Under the pieces are notes generated by a model that did not search any database, was not told the DNA's origin, and saw only the letters and a program-made list of their open reading frames with translations. From NCBI GenBank assembly GCA_038316135.1, contig JBBQAL010000003.1, positions 926 to 64,925 of the forward strand: 64,000 bases of DNA, read 5' to 3'. The stretch is from Candidatus Nanopelagicales bacterium (GTDB lineage: Bacteria; Actinomycetota; Actinomycetes; JAHEKZ01). This document shows, in pieces, positions 19,365 to 29,357 of this stretch (within the stretch, counting starts at the first letter, position 1; each line of letters begins with the position of its first letter). The translations under genes and the position numbers were made by a program.

Positions 19365-22300
19365 ATGTACCGCGAAGTCCCACCCCAGGTTGACCTGCCG
19401 GCGCTTGAGCACGACGTGCTCGCCCTGTGGAAGGACCAAAACACCTTCCACCGCAGTCTCGAGCAGCGCGCAGATGCCCCGCTGTGGGTCTTTTATGAAG
19501 GCCCGCCGACCGCCAACGGCACGCCGGGCACCCACCACATCGAGGCTCGCGTCTTCAAGGACGTCTTTCCCAGGTACCGAACGATGAAGGGGTACCGGGT
19601 TCCGCGCAAAGGTGGGTGGGACTGCCACGGGCTCCCGGTCGAGATCGCCGTCGAGAAAGAACTGGGCTTCACCGGAAAGCAGGACATCGAGACGTTCGGT
19701 GTTGCCGAGTTCAACGCAAAGTGCCGCGAGTCGGTGCTGCGCCACGTCGACGAGTTCGAGCAAATGACTGAACGAATGGGCTACTGGGTTGACACCGACC
19801 AGGCCTACTGGACGATGGATCCGTCGTACATCGACAGCCTCTGGTGGGCCCTCAAGCAGATCTACGACAAGGGCCTGCTCGTCCAGGACCACCGCGTCGC
19901 GCCCTACTGTCCGCGGTGCGGAACCGGGCTCTCCGACCATGAGCTGGCCCAGGGGTACGAAACCGTCGTCGACCCCTCGGTGTACGTGCGGTTCCCGGTG
20001 ACGGGTGGGCCGCTCGCGGGCCAAGAGGCAGCCCTGCTGGTCTGGACGACGACACCGTGGACGCTCGTCTCCAACACCGCTGTGGCTGTTCACCCCGACG
20101 TCGACTACGTCCTCGCTCGCGCCGCTGATGGCGAGTTGCTCGTCGTCGCTGAGCCGCTTCTGGCCGCCGCGCTCGGAGAAGACGCCAAAGTCGTCGGCCG
20201 GCTCACTGGCCGCGAGCTCGTCGGCACGAGCTATCGCTCACCCTTCGACCTGGTCTCGATCCCCGATGAGGGTCCGGTCCATACGGTCCTTCCGGCCGAG
20301 TACGTGACGGTCACCGATGGGACGGGTTTGGTGCACCTCGCGCCGGCGTTCGGCCCCGACGACCTCGCCATTGGCAGAACCTACGGCCTCCCGGTCGTGA
20401 ACCCGTTGCTGGCCAACGGTGAGTTCGGCCCCGACGTCGGGTTGGTCGGTGGTGTCTTCTTCAAGAAGGCCGACCAAGCCCTCGTCACCGACCTCGAAGA
20501 ACGAGCACTACTTTTCAAGCACCTGCCGTACGAGCACAGCTACCCGCACTGCTGGCGCTGCCACACACCATTGATGTACTACGCGCAGCCGTCCTGGTAC
20601 ATCCGGACCACTGCCATCAAGGACCAGTTGATCGCCCAGAACGAGGCGACAACCTGGTTTCCCGAGTCGATCAAACACGGTCGGTACGGCGACTGGCTGG
20701 AGAACAACGTCGACTGGGCCTTGTCGCGGAACCGGTACTGGGGCACTCCACTTCCCATCTGGCGCTGTCCATCGGACCACTTGACCGTGGTTGGGTCGCG
20801 CGCCGAGCTTGCCCAGCTCACCGGCCAACAACTGCACGACATGGATCCCCACCGCCCGTACGTCGACGATGTGGTCGTCCCCTGCCACAAGTGCCACGAA
20901 CCCGCCCGACGGGTGTCTGAGGTCATCGACGGCTGGTTCGACTCAGGCTGCATGCCTTTCGCACAGTGGGGCTACCCACACCAGCAGAGCGAAGCCGAAT
21001 TCCGCGCCCAGTACCCGGCCGACTATATCTGCGAGGCGATCGACCAGACCCGCGGCTGGTTCTACACGCTGATGACGGTGGGCACGCTCGTCTTCGACGA
21101 GTCGTCCTACCGCACCGTCCTCTGTCTCGGCCACATCCTTGACAAGGATGGTCGCAAGATGAGCAAACACCTCGGCAACGTCCTTGAGCCGATGCCGCTG
21201 ATGGAACAGCACGGCGCCGACGCCGTTCGGTGGTTCATGGTGGCGAGCGGATCGCCGTGGTCGGCCAGGAGAGTCAGTCACGAGACGATCCAAGAGGTGG
21301 TCCGCAAGACGCTACTCACCTACTGGAACACCGTCTCCTTCCAGACGCTCTACGCCGGACTCGCTGGCTGGAGCCCGCCGGCGGCAGCCATTCCGGTTGC
21401 CGATCGCCCTGCAATGGACCGGTGGCTCACCTCGCGCACGCAGCAGCTGATCAGGAACGTCGACACTGCGCTCGACGGGTTCGACGCTGCCGGAGCCGGC
21501 GCGCAGATCGCCACCTTCGTCGACGAGCTCTCGAACTGGTACGTCCGCCGGTCCCGACGTCGATTCTGGGATGGCGATGACGCCGCGTTGACGACACTGC
21601 ACGAGGCCATCACTGCGCTCACCTTGGTGATGGCTCCGCTGACGCCGTTCATCACCGAGCGGGTTTGGCAGGACCTTGTCCGGACCACAACACCAGGTGC
21701 AGCTGACTCGGTGCACCTGGCCGACTGGCCCGCCGTCGACGAAACCGTTATCGACGAGTCGCTCACCGTGCAGATGGCCCAGGTCAAACGGCTGGTCGAG
21801 CTCGGGCGCGCCGCCAGGGCGGCGTCGGGGGTCAAGACCCGCCAGCCGTTAGGGCGCGCCTTGGTGTCAGCGCCGGGATGGGAGCAGATGCCGGGACAAC
21901 TCCAGGCTGAGCTCTCGTCAGAGCTCAACGTCCAGCGGATCGAGTCCTTGGGCGCAGCGGCGGACGAGTTGGTATCGGTGAGCGCCAAAGCGAACTTCCG
22001 GGCGCTAGGAAAACGGTTCGGTCAGCAGACGCCTCAGGTCGCTGCGGCCATCGCAGCGGCCGACCCCACCCTGCTCCAGCAGTCACTGGCCCTTGCTGGT
22101 CGCGCTGAGGTGGAGATCGATGGCGAACGAGTCACGATCGAGCCGGACGAAGTGGTGCTGACCGAGACACCGCGCGAGGGTTGGGCCGTCCACCATGACG
22201 CCGGCGAGAGCATCGCGCTCGACCTCACCCTCACCGCCGAGCTCAGGCGCCTGGGCCTGGCGCGCGACGTGGTTCGACAAGTCCAGGAGGCCAGAAAGGC

Positions 22301-22526
22301 ATCAGGGCTGGCGGTATCTGACCGCATCGTGTTGCAGTGGTCGGCGAGCGGTGAACTGCGCAAGGCGATCGTCGAGCACAGCGCCACCATCGGGTCGGAG
22401 GTGCTGGCGACGACGCTCACCGAAGGAACCGAGACCGATGAGGCGGTGGCAGCCTTCGCCGACGAGGAGTTGGGGCTTCAATTTTCGCTGAGGCGGGCCC
22501 AACCGCCGGGTACCGCCTCGGCGTGA
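19365..22526 (+). CDS. ileS: Isoleucine--tRNA ligase
   Basis: 1053 aa. GPPTANGTPGTHH (HIGH-type) and KMSKHLGN (KMSKS) motifs, plus the editing domain. Confidence 0.97.
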   Translation: MYREVPPQVDLPALEHDVLALWKDQNTFHRSLEQRADAPLWVFYEGPPTANGTPGTHHIEARVFKDVFPRYRTMKGYRVPRKGGWDCHGLPVEIAVEKELGFTGKQDIETFGVAEFNAKCRESVLRHVDEFEQMTERMGYWVDTDQAYWTMDPSYIDSLWWALKQIYDKGLLVQDHRVAPYCPRCGTGLSDHELAQGYETVVDPSVYVRFPVTGGPLAGQEAALLVWTTTPWTLVSNTAVAVHPDVDYVLARAADGELLVVAEPLLAAALGEDAKVVGRLTGRELVGTSYRSPFDLVSIPDEGPVHTVLPAEYVTVTDGTGLVHLAPAFGPDDLAIGRTYGLPVVNPLLANGEFGPDVGLVGGVFFKKADQALVTDLEERALLFKHLPYEHSYPHCWRCHTPLMYYAQPSWYIRTTAIKDQLIAQNEATTWFPESIKHGRYGDWLENNVDWALSRNRYWGTPLPIWRCPSDHLTVVGSRAELAQLTGQQLHDMDPHRPYVDDVVVPCHKCHEPARRVSEVIDGWFDSGCMPFAQWGYPHQQSEAEFRAQYPADYICEAIDQTRGWFYTLMTVGTLVFDESSYRTVLCLGHILDKDGRKMSKHLGNVLEPMPLMEQHGADAVRWFMVASGSPWSARRVSHETIQEVVRKTLLTYWNTVSFQTLYAGLAGWSPPAAAIPVADRPAMDRWLTSRTQQLIRNVDTALDGFDAAGAGAQIATFVDELSNWYVRRSRRRFWDGDDAALTTLHEAITALTLVMAPLTPFITERVWQDLVRTTTPGAADSVHLADWPAVDETVIDESLTVQMAQVKRLVELGRAARAASGVKTRQPLGRALVSAPGWEQMPGQLQAELSSELNVQRIESLGAAADELVSVSAKANFRALGKRFGQQTPQVAAAIAAADPTLLQQSLALAGRAEVEIDGERVTIEPDEVVLTETPREGWAVHHDAGESIALDLTLTAELRRLGLARDVVRQVQEARKASGLAVSDRIVLQWSASGELRKAIVEHSATIGSEVLATTLTEGTETDEAVAAFADEELGLQFSLRRAQPPGTASA

Positions 22527-22686
22527 CTGCCTCCACTGGGCCGCGCCAACCCTTGATCCGCCGATGGGGCAGCGTTACCAGAATCACCCGAATGGAGTAG
22601 CCAACCACCGGGGGCAGCACGCCGATACCAAACCAACGGCTGTCGCGTCCGCGGCACCGTCGGACGGCAGCACACGGAGGTCAGCC

Positions 22687-23157
22687 ATGGTGCAACCCAT
22701 CGCCGCCACGAACTCAACCTCGCTCCCCCAGGTGCGATTGAAGGCAAACGCGGTCGCGGTTCCTGCGCTCGCCAGTAACGTCCGTCCTGCGCTGGTCCTG
22801 GCTGAGCGGGAGAGCCGCCAGCTGATCGAGACGGCCAAGCAGCACGACATCACCATGGGCGGAATCTTTTGCGTGAGCCCGACTGGTATCCAGGTCTGGG
22901 ACCGCCCTTGGCTGAGCCCAGAAGAGGGGCCAGGCGAATCGGTGCACCTCGGTTCGGTCGACTGGACCTATGACACTCCCGTGAAGCACTACGTCACCAT
23001 CTACCGCGCGATGGTGACCGAGAACGGAATCGGCTCAGGCGAGACCACACTCTCGGTGCTGACCAAAGTACTCGGACTCACCGGCATCCCGATCGACGGT
23101 GCGCGCATCTCGATGCCGGCACCGCCGCCCCGCGACCCGTTCCGCCGTCGCATCTAA
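22687..23157 (+). CDS. Hypothetical protein (156 aa), no family recognised
   Basis: ATG 22687 has a GGAGG Shine-Dalgarno 7 nt upstream. Non-repetitive sequence that ends at a strong hairpin. No motif recognised. Confidence 0.5.
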   Translation: MVQPIAATNSTSLPQVRLKANAVAVPALASNVRPALVLAERESRQLIETAKQHDITMGGIFCVSPTGIQVWDRPWLSPEEGPGESVHLGSVDWTYDTPVKHYVTIYRAMVTENGIGSGETTLSVLTKVLGLTGIPIDGARISMPAPPPRDPFRRRI

Positions 23158-23177
23158 CGGCAATCTGTACTCATACA

Positions 23178-23205
23178 AAGACCCCGGCCGCTTGGCCGGG
23201 GTCTT
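23178..23205 (-). terminator. Bidirectional stem-loop terminator candidate
   Basis: Perfect 12-bp stem AAGACCCCGGCC/GGCCGGGGTCTT with a GCTT loop. On the minus strand it is followed by TTTGTAT. Lies between the convergent 22687..23157 gene and divIVA. Confidence 0.6.
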
Positions 23206-23241
23206 CGTACGTCTTGGTTGAGGATGCCAATCACGACCCAG

Positions 23242-24171
23242 CTAGGGACGCGGAGGCCCAGGCGGTGAACTCGGCGGTGAACTCGGCGGTCCACTCGGCT
23301 GGCCAGCGGGAGGGGCGCTCTGAGCCGGCCGTGGTGGCTGGGCCTGAGGCGGAGCAGTCGGCTGTTGTGGTTGGGCCGGAGGTTGGGCCGGAGGCTGCTG
23401 CTGCGGTTGGGCCGGAGGTTGGGCCGGTGGCTGCTGCGGCGGTTGGGCCGGTGGCTGCTGCTGCGGTTGAGTCGGCGGTTGGGCCGGTGGCTGCTGCTGC
23501 GGACGCTGCTGTTGCGGTTGGGCCGGTGGCTGAGCTTGCGGCTGCGCTGGCGGCTGCAACTGGGCCGGCGGAGCTGCGCTGGCGGCCGGGCGCGGGGCTG
23601 CTTGCTGCGCAGGATTAGCTGCCGCCGAGGCCGGCGCGCTCCCACCTTCGGTCCTCGAGGTGAGATCACGGAGCTGCTGCTCCAGGTACGACTTCAGTCG
23701 CGTCCGGTACTCGCGCTCGAAGGATCGCAACTCTTCGACCCGCTTCTCCAGTGCCGACCGTTCGCCAGCCAAGCCGGCCATCGCCGCCTGGTGCTTAGCG
23801 GCAGCCTCACGTTCAGCATTGTCGGCCTTGCTCCGCGCCGTGGCCACCATGGTGTCGGCCTCCGATCGGGCCGAGGCCACGACCTCGTCCGCGGTCCGCT
23901 CTGCTGCGGCCAACACCCGGGCGGCCTGCTCAGCCCCGGACGAGGGAGCAGCAGCAGCAACCGGAGCGGCGACAGCGGCAGCAGCAACCGGAGCCGCGGC
24001 TGGTCGCGTCGCCACCTGGGCACGCAGCGAGTCGTTCTCGGCGCCCAGTCGGGTCAGCTCAGCGGCAACCTGGTCGAGGAATGCATCAACCTCGTCCTCG
24101 TCATATCCTTGCTTGCGCTTGGTGGCGTTCTGAAAGACCACGTTGTTGACGTCGTCGGCAGTCAGCGGCAT
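23242..24171 (-). CDS. divIVA: DivIVA/Wag31 polar growth protein with an expanded Pro/Gln-rich C-terminus
   Basis: N-terminal MPLTADDVNNVVFQNATKRKQGYDEDEVDAFLDQV, then coiled coils, then about 120 aa of (PPAQPQQQ)n. Confidence 0.92.
   Translation of the reverse strand: MPLTADDVNNVVFQNATKRKQGYDEDEVDAFLDQVAAELTRLGAENDSLRAQVATRPAAAPVAAAAVAAPVAAAAPSSGAEQAARVLAAAERTADEVVASARSEADTMVATARSKADNAEREAAAKHQAAMAGLAGERSALEKRVEELRSFEREYRTRLKSYLEQQLRDLTSRTEGGSAPASAAANPAQQAAPRPAASAAPPAQLQPPAQPQAQPPAQPQQQRPQQQPPAQPPTQPQQQPPAQPPQQPPAQPPAQPQQQPPAQPPAQPQQPTAPPQAQPPRPAQSAPPAGQPSGPPSSPPSSPPGPPRP
23245..23616 (-). repeat. Coding tandem/low-complexity repeat (PAQPPQQ units)
   Basis: Iterated GGTTGGGCCGG(A/T)GGCTGCTGCTGC-type units on the plus strand, in frame within divIVA. 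Confidence 0.8.
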
Positions 24172-24249
24172 CGGCTCTCCTCAGGCTTACAGATCACCCG
24201 GAACACTAGCGCCACTTCCGTCACAGGCACTACCGGCACCAGGGCGGTC

Positions 24250-24546
24250 TCAGGCACCACGGGCAAATCCACCCACCACAGCAATCAAGACCTGGACGCC
24301 GATGAGCAGCACGAGAATCGCCAGGTCGAATGCGACAGCCCCGATCCGGACCGGTGGGAGAAACCTGCGCAGCGCTCGAAGCGGTGGATCGGTGACGGTG
24401 AATACCGCCTCGAAGAGCACGAGAACGAGGCCGCTGGGCCGAAAGTCGCGGGCGAAAATCTGCAGAAGGTCGATCACCACGCGGGCAATCAAGGTCAGCA
24501 GAAACAGCCACAGAACAAGGAGAATGACTTCGAATACGATCGCCAT
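24250..24546 (-). CDS. YggT family membrane protein
   Basis: 98 aa. The arrangement LIARVVIDLL...TDPPLRALRRFLPP...DLAILVLLI matches YggT. Conserved position between sepF and divIVA. Confidence 0.88.
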   Translation of the reverse strand: MAIVFEVILLVLWLFLLTLIARVVIDLLQIFARDFRPSGLVLVLFEAVFTVTDPPLRALRRFLPPVRIGAVAFDLAILVLLIGVQVLIAVVGGFARGA

Positions 24547-24558
24547 GGTGCTAGTTGA

Positions 24559-25056
24559 TCAACTCTGGTTGAAGAAACCGCCTTGTGCCATCTGTGCTTT
24601 CTCCTCGGCGGTCACCACCACGTCGGCCGGCGATAGCAAGAAGACCTTCTGCGTGACGCGTTCGAGGGTGCCGTGCAAACCGAACGAGAGTCCGGCGGCG
24701 AAATCAACGATCCGCTTGGCATCCCCGTCGTCCATCTCGCTGAGGTTCATGATGACCGGGATGCCGTCGCGGAACTGCTCGCCGATCGCGCGCGCATCGT
24801 TGTAGGTGCGTGGGTGGAGTGTGGTGATCCGCGACGCAGATGCCCCAGGAGCGCCATCGGATCGAGTTGGGACCGGTGGCGACGTCGCCTGTCGGCTCGG
24901 AGGCGGGTCGTCATCGCGCACCGCACGCAGCTGGCGGGTGCGCTCGTCGTGGTCGCGCTGATCCTGCTGGCGGTCGTAGCTGTCGTACTCGTCGTACTGG
25001 TCGTCGTTCTCGACCAACCCGAGATAGACAGCCATCTTTCGCATCGCGCCAGCCAT
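24559..25056 (-). CDS. sepF: Cell division protein SepF
   Basis: [16 protein letters not shown]..., a disordered linker, then the C-terminal domain ([21 protein letters not shown]...[10 protein letters not shown]). Confidence 0.92.
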   Translation of the reverse strand: MAGAMRKMAVYLGLVENDDQYDEYDSYDRQQDQRDHDERTRQLRAVRDDDPPPSRQATSPPVPTRSDGAPGASASRITTLHPRTYNDARAIGEQFRDGIPVIMNLSEMDDGDAKRIVDFAAGLSFGLHGTLERVTQKVFLLSPADVVVTAEEKAQMAQGGFFNQS

Positions 25057-25120
25057 ACGTCCGACCCCTTCGTCTCTGGTGGCTCGATCCTCTTCGGGAT
25101 CCCGAGCCGTGATGCGAACG

Positions 25121-25831
25121 CTACCCGACGGGAGGCCGGTACCCGAGGACCGCGCTCCCGAGGCGCACCTGTGTCGCGCCGTGGTGGACAGCTGCCTCGA
25201 GGTCGCCGCTCATCCCGGCCGACACGATCTGGGCCTCCGGATGATCCCTGAGCACCTGGTTGGCGACCTCAGCCAGCCGCCCGAAGGCCACGTCGGGGTC
25301 GGCGCCGAAGGGAGCGACAGCCATGACCCCACCCAGGGACAAAGCTGGTGCGGCTGAGATTGCTGCCGCCAGCTCAGCCACCTGATCGGGCGGTGCGCCT
25401 CCGCGGCCCGGTTGATCGTCCAGACAGACCTGCACCAGACAGAGCAGCGGACGATCGGGGGATCGGAGTTCGGCAGCCGCGCGACTCAATGCACCCGCCA
25501 GTTTGAGGCGGTCGACCGACTCGACGACGTCGGCATACCCGGCCACCGACCGCACCTTGTTGGTCTGGAGCTGCCCGATGAAGTGCCAGACCAGACCCGA
25601 CCCCTGCAGCGCCAGGGCCTTCGGCTCTGCCTCCTGGTCGCGGTTCTCCCCCACGTGCCGGATGCCGAGATCGACCAGAACAGCGACGTCATCGGCGGGG
25701 AAGGTCTTGGTGACCACCACGAGCTCGACCGATCCAGCCGTTCGGCCGGCTGCCAACTCCGCCGCACTGATGCGCTCCCGCGCCGTCTCGAGGCCGGCAG
25801 CAATCTCGCGCCGCCGCTGCTCGGTGGCCAC
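25121..25831 (-). CDS. YggS-family PLP-binding protein
   Basis: 236 aa. VVTKTFP (PLP Lys), [18 protein letters not shown] and GMSGD motifs. GTG start 2 nt after the ftsZ stop. Confidence 0.9.
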   Translation of the reverse strand: MATEQRRREIAAGLETARERISAAELAAGRTAGSVELVVVTKTFPADDVAVLVDLGIRHVGENRDQEAEPKALALQGSGLVWHFIGQLQTNKVRSVAGYADVVESVDRLKLAGALSRAAAELRSPDRPLLCLVQVCLDDQPGRGGAPPDQVAELAAAISAAPALSLGGVMAVAPFGADPDVAFGRLAEVANQVLRDHPEAQIVSAGMSGDLEAAVHHGATQVRLGSAVLGYRPPVG

Positions 25832-25833
25832 CG

Positions 25834-27009
25834 CTACTTCAGGAAGTCGGGGACGTCCAGGTCGTCAGCTGACGAGTCGTCGAAGACGATCGTGCGTGGA
25901 GCTTTGCGCTCAGGGAGCTCGATGTACTGGTCGTCTGCTGCTTGGGCCGGCTCTTCGGCTGCGGAGGACTGCTCGGCCTTGGCCTCGCCCGCTGATGCTG
26001 GTGCAAGTTCGGGGATGCCCGCATCGTCGACCTTGCGCGTGGCGACTCTGGGCTTGCCGGGCTGACCTCCATCGAATCCGGCGGCAATGACGGTGACGCG
26101 CACCTCATCACCGAGAGCATCGTCGATCACGGCGCCGAAGATGATGTTCGCCTCAGGGTGGGCCGACTCGGCCACCATGCGCGCCGCCTCATTGATCTCG
26201 AAGAGCCCAAGGTCTGAGCCGCCGGAGACCGACAGCAGGACCCCGCGGGCCCCGTCGATCGACGCCTCGAGCAGCGGACTGGATATCGCGGTCTCAGCTG
26301 CGGCGATCGCGCGGTCATCGCCGCGAGCGTTGCCGATGCCCATCAAGGCAGTACCGGCACCTTGCATGACGGACTTGACGTCCGCGAAGTCGAGGTTGAT
26401 CAGACCCGGAGTGGTGATGAGGTCGGTGATCCCTTGGACTCCGGACATCAACACGTGGTCTGCGGACTTGAAGGCGTCCAGGACGCTGACCGCCCGATCA
26501 CTGATCGACAACAGTCGGTCGTTGGGGATCACGATGAGGGTGTCGACCTCCGCGCGCAGTTCCTCGATCCCGGTCTCGGCCTGCTGGGCACGTCGGCGTC
26601 CCTCGAACCCGAACGGTCGGGTGACGACACCGATGGTCAACGCACCGATGGCACGCGCCACCTCGGCGACGATCGGCGCGCCACCGGTGCCGGTGCCACC
26701 ACCCTCGCCTGCCGTGACGAAGACCATGTCGGCGCCCTTGAGCACCTCTTCGATCTCGGTGCGGTGGTCTTCAGAAGCGCGTCGTCCGACTTCTGGGTCA
26801 GCACCAGCGCCGAGCCCGCGGGTGAGCTCGCGCCCGATGTCGAGCTTGACGTCGGCGTCACTCATCAACAGCGCTTGGGCATCAGTGTTGATCGCGATGA
26901 ACTCGACCCCCTTGAGGCCGACCTCGATCATCCGGTTGATGGCGTTGACACTGCCACCGCCGATGCCCACCACCTTGATCACCGCGAGGTAGTTCTGCGG
27001 AGCTGCCAT
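25834..27009 (-). CDS. ftsZ: Cell division GTPase FtsZ
   Basis: [28 protein letters not shown], and the C-terminal [10 protein letters not shown] peptide. Confidence 0.98.
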   Translation of the reverse strand: MAAPQNYLAVIKVVGIGGGSVNAINRMIEVGLKGVEFIAINTDAQALLMSDADVKLDIGRELTRGLGAGADPEVGRRASEDHRTEIEEVLKGADMVFVTAGEGGGTGTGGAPIVAEVARAIGALTIGVVTRPFGFEGRRRAQQAETGIEELRAEVDTLIVIPNDRLLSISDRAVSVLDAFKSADHVLMSGVQGITDLITTPGLINLDFADVKSVMQGAGTALMGIGNARGDDRAIAAAETAISSPLLEASIDGARGVLLSVSGGSDLGLFEINEAARMVAESAHPEANIIFGAVIDDALGDEVRVTVIAAGFDGGQPGKPRVATRKVDDAGIPELAPASAGEAKAEQSSAAEEPAQAADDQYIELPERKAPRTIVFDDSSADDLDVPDFLK

Positions 27010-27174
27010 GTCTCTAGTGACGCCTCTCGTGTCGCGTCCGCAGGGCGGACTCCTCCAACTCTCACCCTTTAGTAGACATCTAACGTTATGTCAACTCGAG
27101 GGATGCGGAGCAACGTACGGGAGGGGGTCGCGATCGTCAACCTCGCGGCGTGTCGGCGCGTGCAACAACGACCG

Positions 27175-27933
27175 TCAACGAAACGCGGGAGCGTCCGGCG
27201 CTGTCACGTCGACGACCGTGAAAGATGTCCCCCACCCCGGGCGTCTGCGTAGCGCCTCGACGACAGTGGACTTCTCTTCGCCCGAACCGGCTGAGCCCCA
27301 TTTGACGACGACACCGTCACCGAAGGTGAGCGCGACTGTGCGCGCGCTGTCTGCGGTGATCGTGAGCGCCTGCCGCTGCAAAGATCGCGGAAGGCTACCG
27401 GCCACATCGAACACTGCGCTCTCAGTTTCGTTGGCACCCGCCTGGTAGGAGCCGCCAACTTCAGCGGGGCCGGCGGCGAGCTCTGGCAGCTCCGGAAGGT
27501 CATTGGGAGCCGCTTCGAGCTCGCGGTAGATCGAACCGTCGGAACCGACCAACCCGACGCCGTTGACGCTTTGCACAAAGCCCACCGGTCGCCGTTCGCG
27601 CACCACGATCTTCACGCTGTCCGGCCAGTCGCGCACGACGCGCGCGCCAGCAACTGCGTCCAGCGACTCGACGCGTGACTCGATCTCATCAACGGGGAGA
27701 TCCAAGAGCGGAGTGCTGTCCGACACCTGCGCCGCGGAGATCACCTCAGCAGCTGATACTTGGCTGTTGCCGAGGACGTCGATGTGCTCGACGCGAAACA
27801 CCGGCGCGAACCGAAGGGCGAGAAAAGTCGACGCGACCAGGAGGACGACGATGACCACCCAGACCCACGGTCGTCGGGCCAACCCCAGCAACGTCGCACC
27901 GAAATCCCGGGCCATGACCGCTGGTGCACTCAT
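27175..27933 (-). CDS. ftsQ: Cell division protein FtsQ (POTRA domain)
   Basis: 252 aa with an N-terminal TM helix and a POTRA-like FRVEHIDVLGNSQVSAAEV. ATGA overlap with the murC stop. Confidence 0.85.
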   Translation of the reverse strand: MSAPAVMARDFGATLLGLARRPWVWVVIVVLLVASTFLALRFAPVFRVEHIDVLGNSQVSAAEVISAAQVSDSTPLLDLPVDEIESRVESLDAVAGARVVRDWPDSVKIVVRERRPVGFVQSVNGVGLVGSDGSIYRELEAAPNDLPELPELAAGPAEVGGSYQAGANETESAVFDVAGSLPRSLQRQALTITADSARTVALTFGDGVVVKWGSAGSGEEKSTVVEALRRRPGWGTSFTVVDVTAPDAPAFR

Positions 27934-29357
27934 AGCATCTCCGACCGGTGGCGCAGGAGTTCGACGATCTCAGGGCCCAACGTGGTGACGATGCCGTCCC
28001 CGAGCGTCAGAATCAGGTCTCCGGGCCTGGCCCGCGATACCAGCCACCGGGGAACGGCCGAGAAGGATGGCTCGAAGCAGACGTGCTCAGGCGGCAAGGG
28101 GACACCGGCCGCCACCAAGGCCCCGGTGGCTCCGGGGATCGGCTCCTCGTTGGAGCCGTACACCTCCATCACCAGGACGTCGTCGGCCAGGCCAAGGGCG
28201 TCGCCGAGCTCGCGGTGAAACTGGGCGGTGCGAGTGAATCGCAGGGGTTGGAAGGCAACAATGATTCGTCCACCGTCGGCGATCTGCCGAGCAGCGGTGA
28301 GGGTGGCTCGAAGCTCGGTGTGATGGTGGGCGTAGTCGTCGTACACCCGTACTCCATCGCCTTCGCCCTTGAACTCGAATCGCCGACGAGCACCGCTGTA
28401 CTGGGCGAGGCCCTCAACGGCATCAGGAACACCGACGCCCACCTCGAGAGCAACTGCCAACGCTGCAGTCGCATTCAAGACGTTGTGGATTCCCACGATC
28501 TGCAACGAGACGTCCGGGAGTCGTCGTCCATTCACCACCGGCCGGAACCAGGAACCAGTCGCGTCAAGTTCCACGTCGGTGATGCGCACGTCGGCACCGA
28601 CTGTGGTGCCGTAGGTGACCACCCGACGGCCGCCCGCGCGGGCAAAGGCAGCAACCCGCGCGGCGCCTGGGTCGTCAGCACAAGCAATGACTGTTCCGTG
28701 CTCAGGCACCCGTGACACGAACTGGCAGAAGCCTGCTTCAACAGCAGCGGCGTCACCCCAGTAGTCGAGATGGTCTGCCTCCACGTTGGTAACAACGGCG
28801 ATGAGCGGCTCGAGGACCAGGAACGAACCGTCACTCTCGTCGGACTCGGCGACGAAGACCGTTCCCGTTCCAGCGTGGGCATTGGTGCCGGTCTCATTGA
28901 GCTGGGCGCCGATGTAGTAGGACGGGTCGGCACCGCAGTGTTGGAGCGCCACCGCTGCCATCGAGGTGGTGGTCGTCTTGCCGTGGGTTCCAGCAACCAC
29001 GACTGATCGGTACCCGCGCATGCAGAACTTCAGCGCCTCGGCACGATGAAGCACCCGGATACCGCGGTTGCGTGCGGCAACGAGCTCAGGGTTGGAGTCC
29101 CTGATCGCCGTCGAAACGATGACGGTGTCAGTCTCGGGAAGCGAATCAGTCGTCTGGCCGAAGTGAACGACCGCACCTACCGCTCGGAGCGACGCCACGA
29201 TGCGCGAATCTCGCAACTCGCTGCCAGTGACGGGTACTCCGCGCGAGCAAAGCATTCGGGTCAGTGCTGACATCCCGGCGCCAGCGACACCGATCAGATG
29301 CACCCGTCCCAGTTCGTCAAGTGGGGACCGGACCAACATGGATGCTTCGTCGGTCAC
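27930..29357 (-). CDS. murC: UDP-N-acetylmuramate--L-alanine ligase MurC
   Basis: HLIGVAGAGMSALTRML and VAGTHGKTTTTSM (P-loop) motifs, with the Mur ligase domains. Confidence 0.95.
   Translation of the reverse strand: MTDEASMLVRSPLDELGRVHLIGVAGAGMSALTRMLCSRGVPVTGSELRDSRIVASLRAVGAVVHFGQTTDSLPETDTVIVSTAIRDSNPELVAARNRGIRVLHRAEALKFCMRGYRSVVVAGTHGKTTTTSMAAVALQHCGADPSYYIGAQLNETGTNAHAGTGTVFVAESDESDGSFLVLEPLIAVVTNVEADHLDYWGDAAAVEAGFCQFVSRVPEHGTVIACADDPGAARVAAFARAGGRRVVTYGTTVGADVRITDVELDATGSWFRPVVNGRRLPDVSLQIVGIHNVLNATAALAVALEVGVGVPDAVEGLAQYSGARRRFEFKGEGDGVRVYDDYAHHHTELRATLTAARQIADGGRIIVAFQPLRFTRTAQFHRELGDALGLADDVLVMEVYGSNEEPIPGATGALVAAGVPLPPEHVCFEPSFSAVPRWLVSRARPGDLILTLGDGIVTTLGPEIVELLRHRSEML

Noticed and set aside
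19188-20093. 301-aa minus-strand ORF, and the 5' extension of ORF 18746..19444
   Set aside because: Both are antisense to ileS and overlap the T-box leader. The conserved T-box sequence and the ileS motifs explain the region.
23154-24558. Long alternative-frame ORFs (171 aa minus strand, 134 aa and 397 aa plus strand) and CRISPR-like periodicity in the 23.25-23.62 kb repeats
   Set aside because: The repeats are contiguous with no unique spacers, and they are in frame with the divIVA C-terminus (PQ-rich tail). The other frames are open only because of the repeat composition. This is not a CRISPR array.
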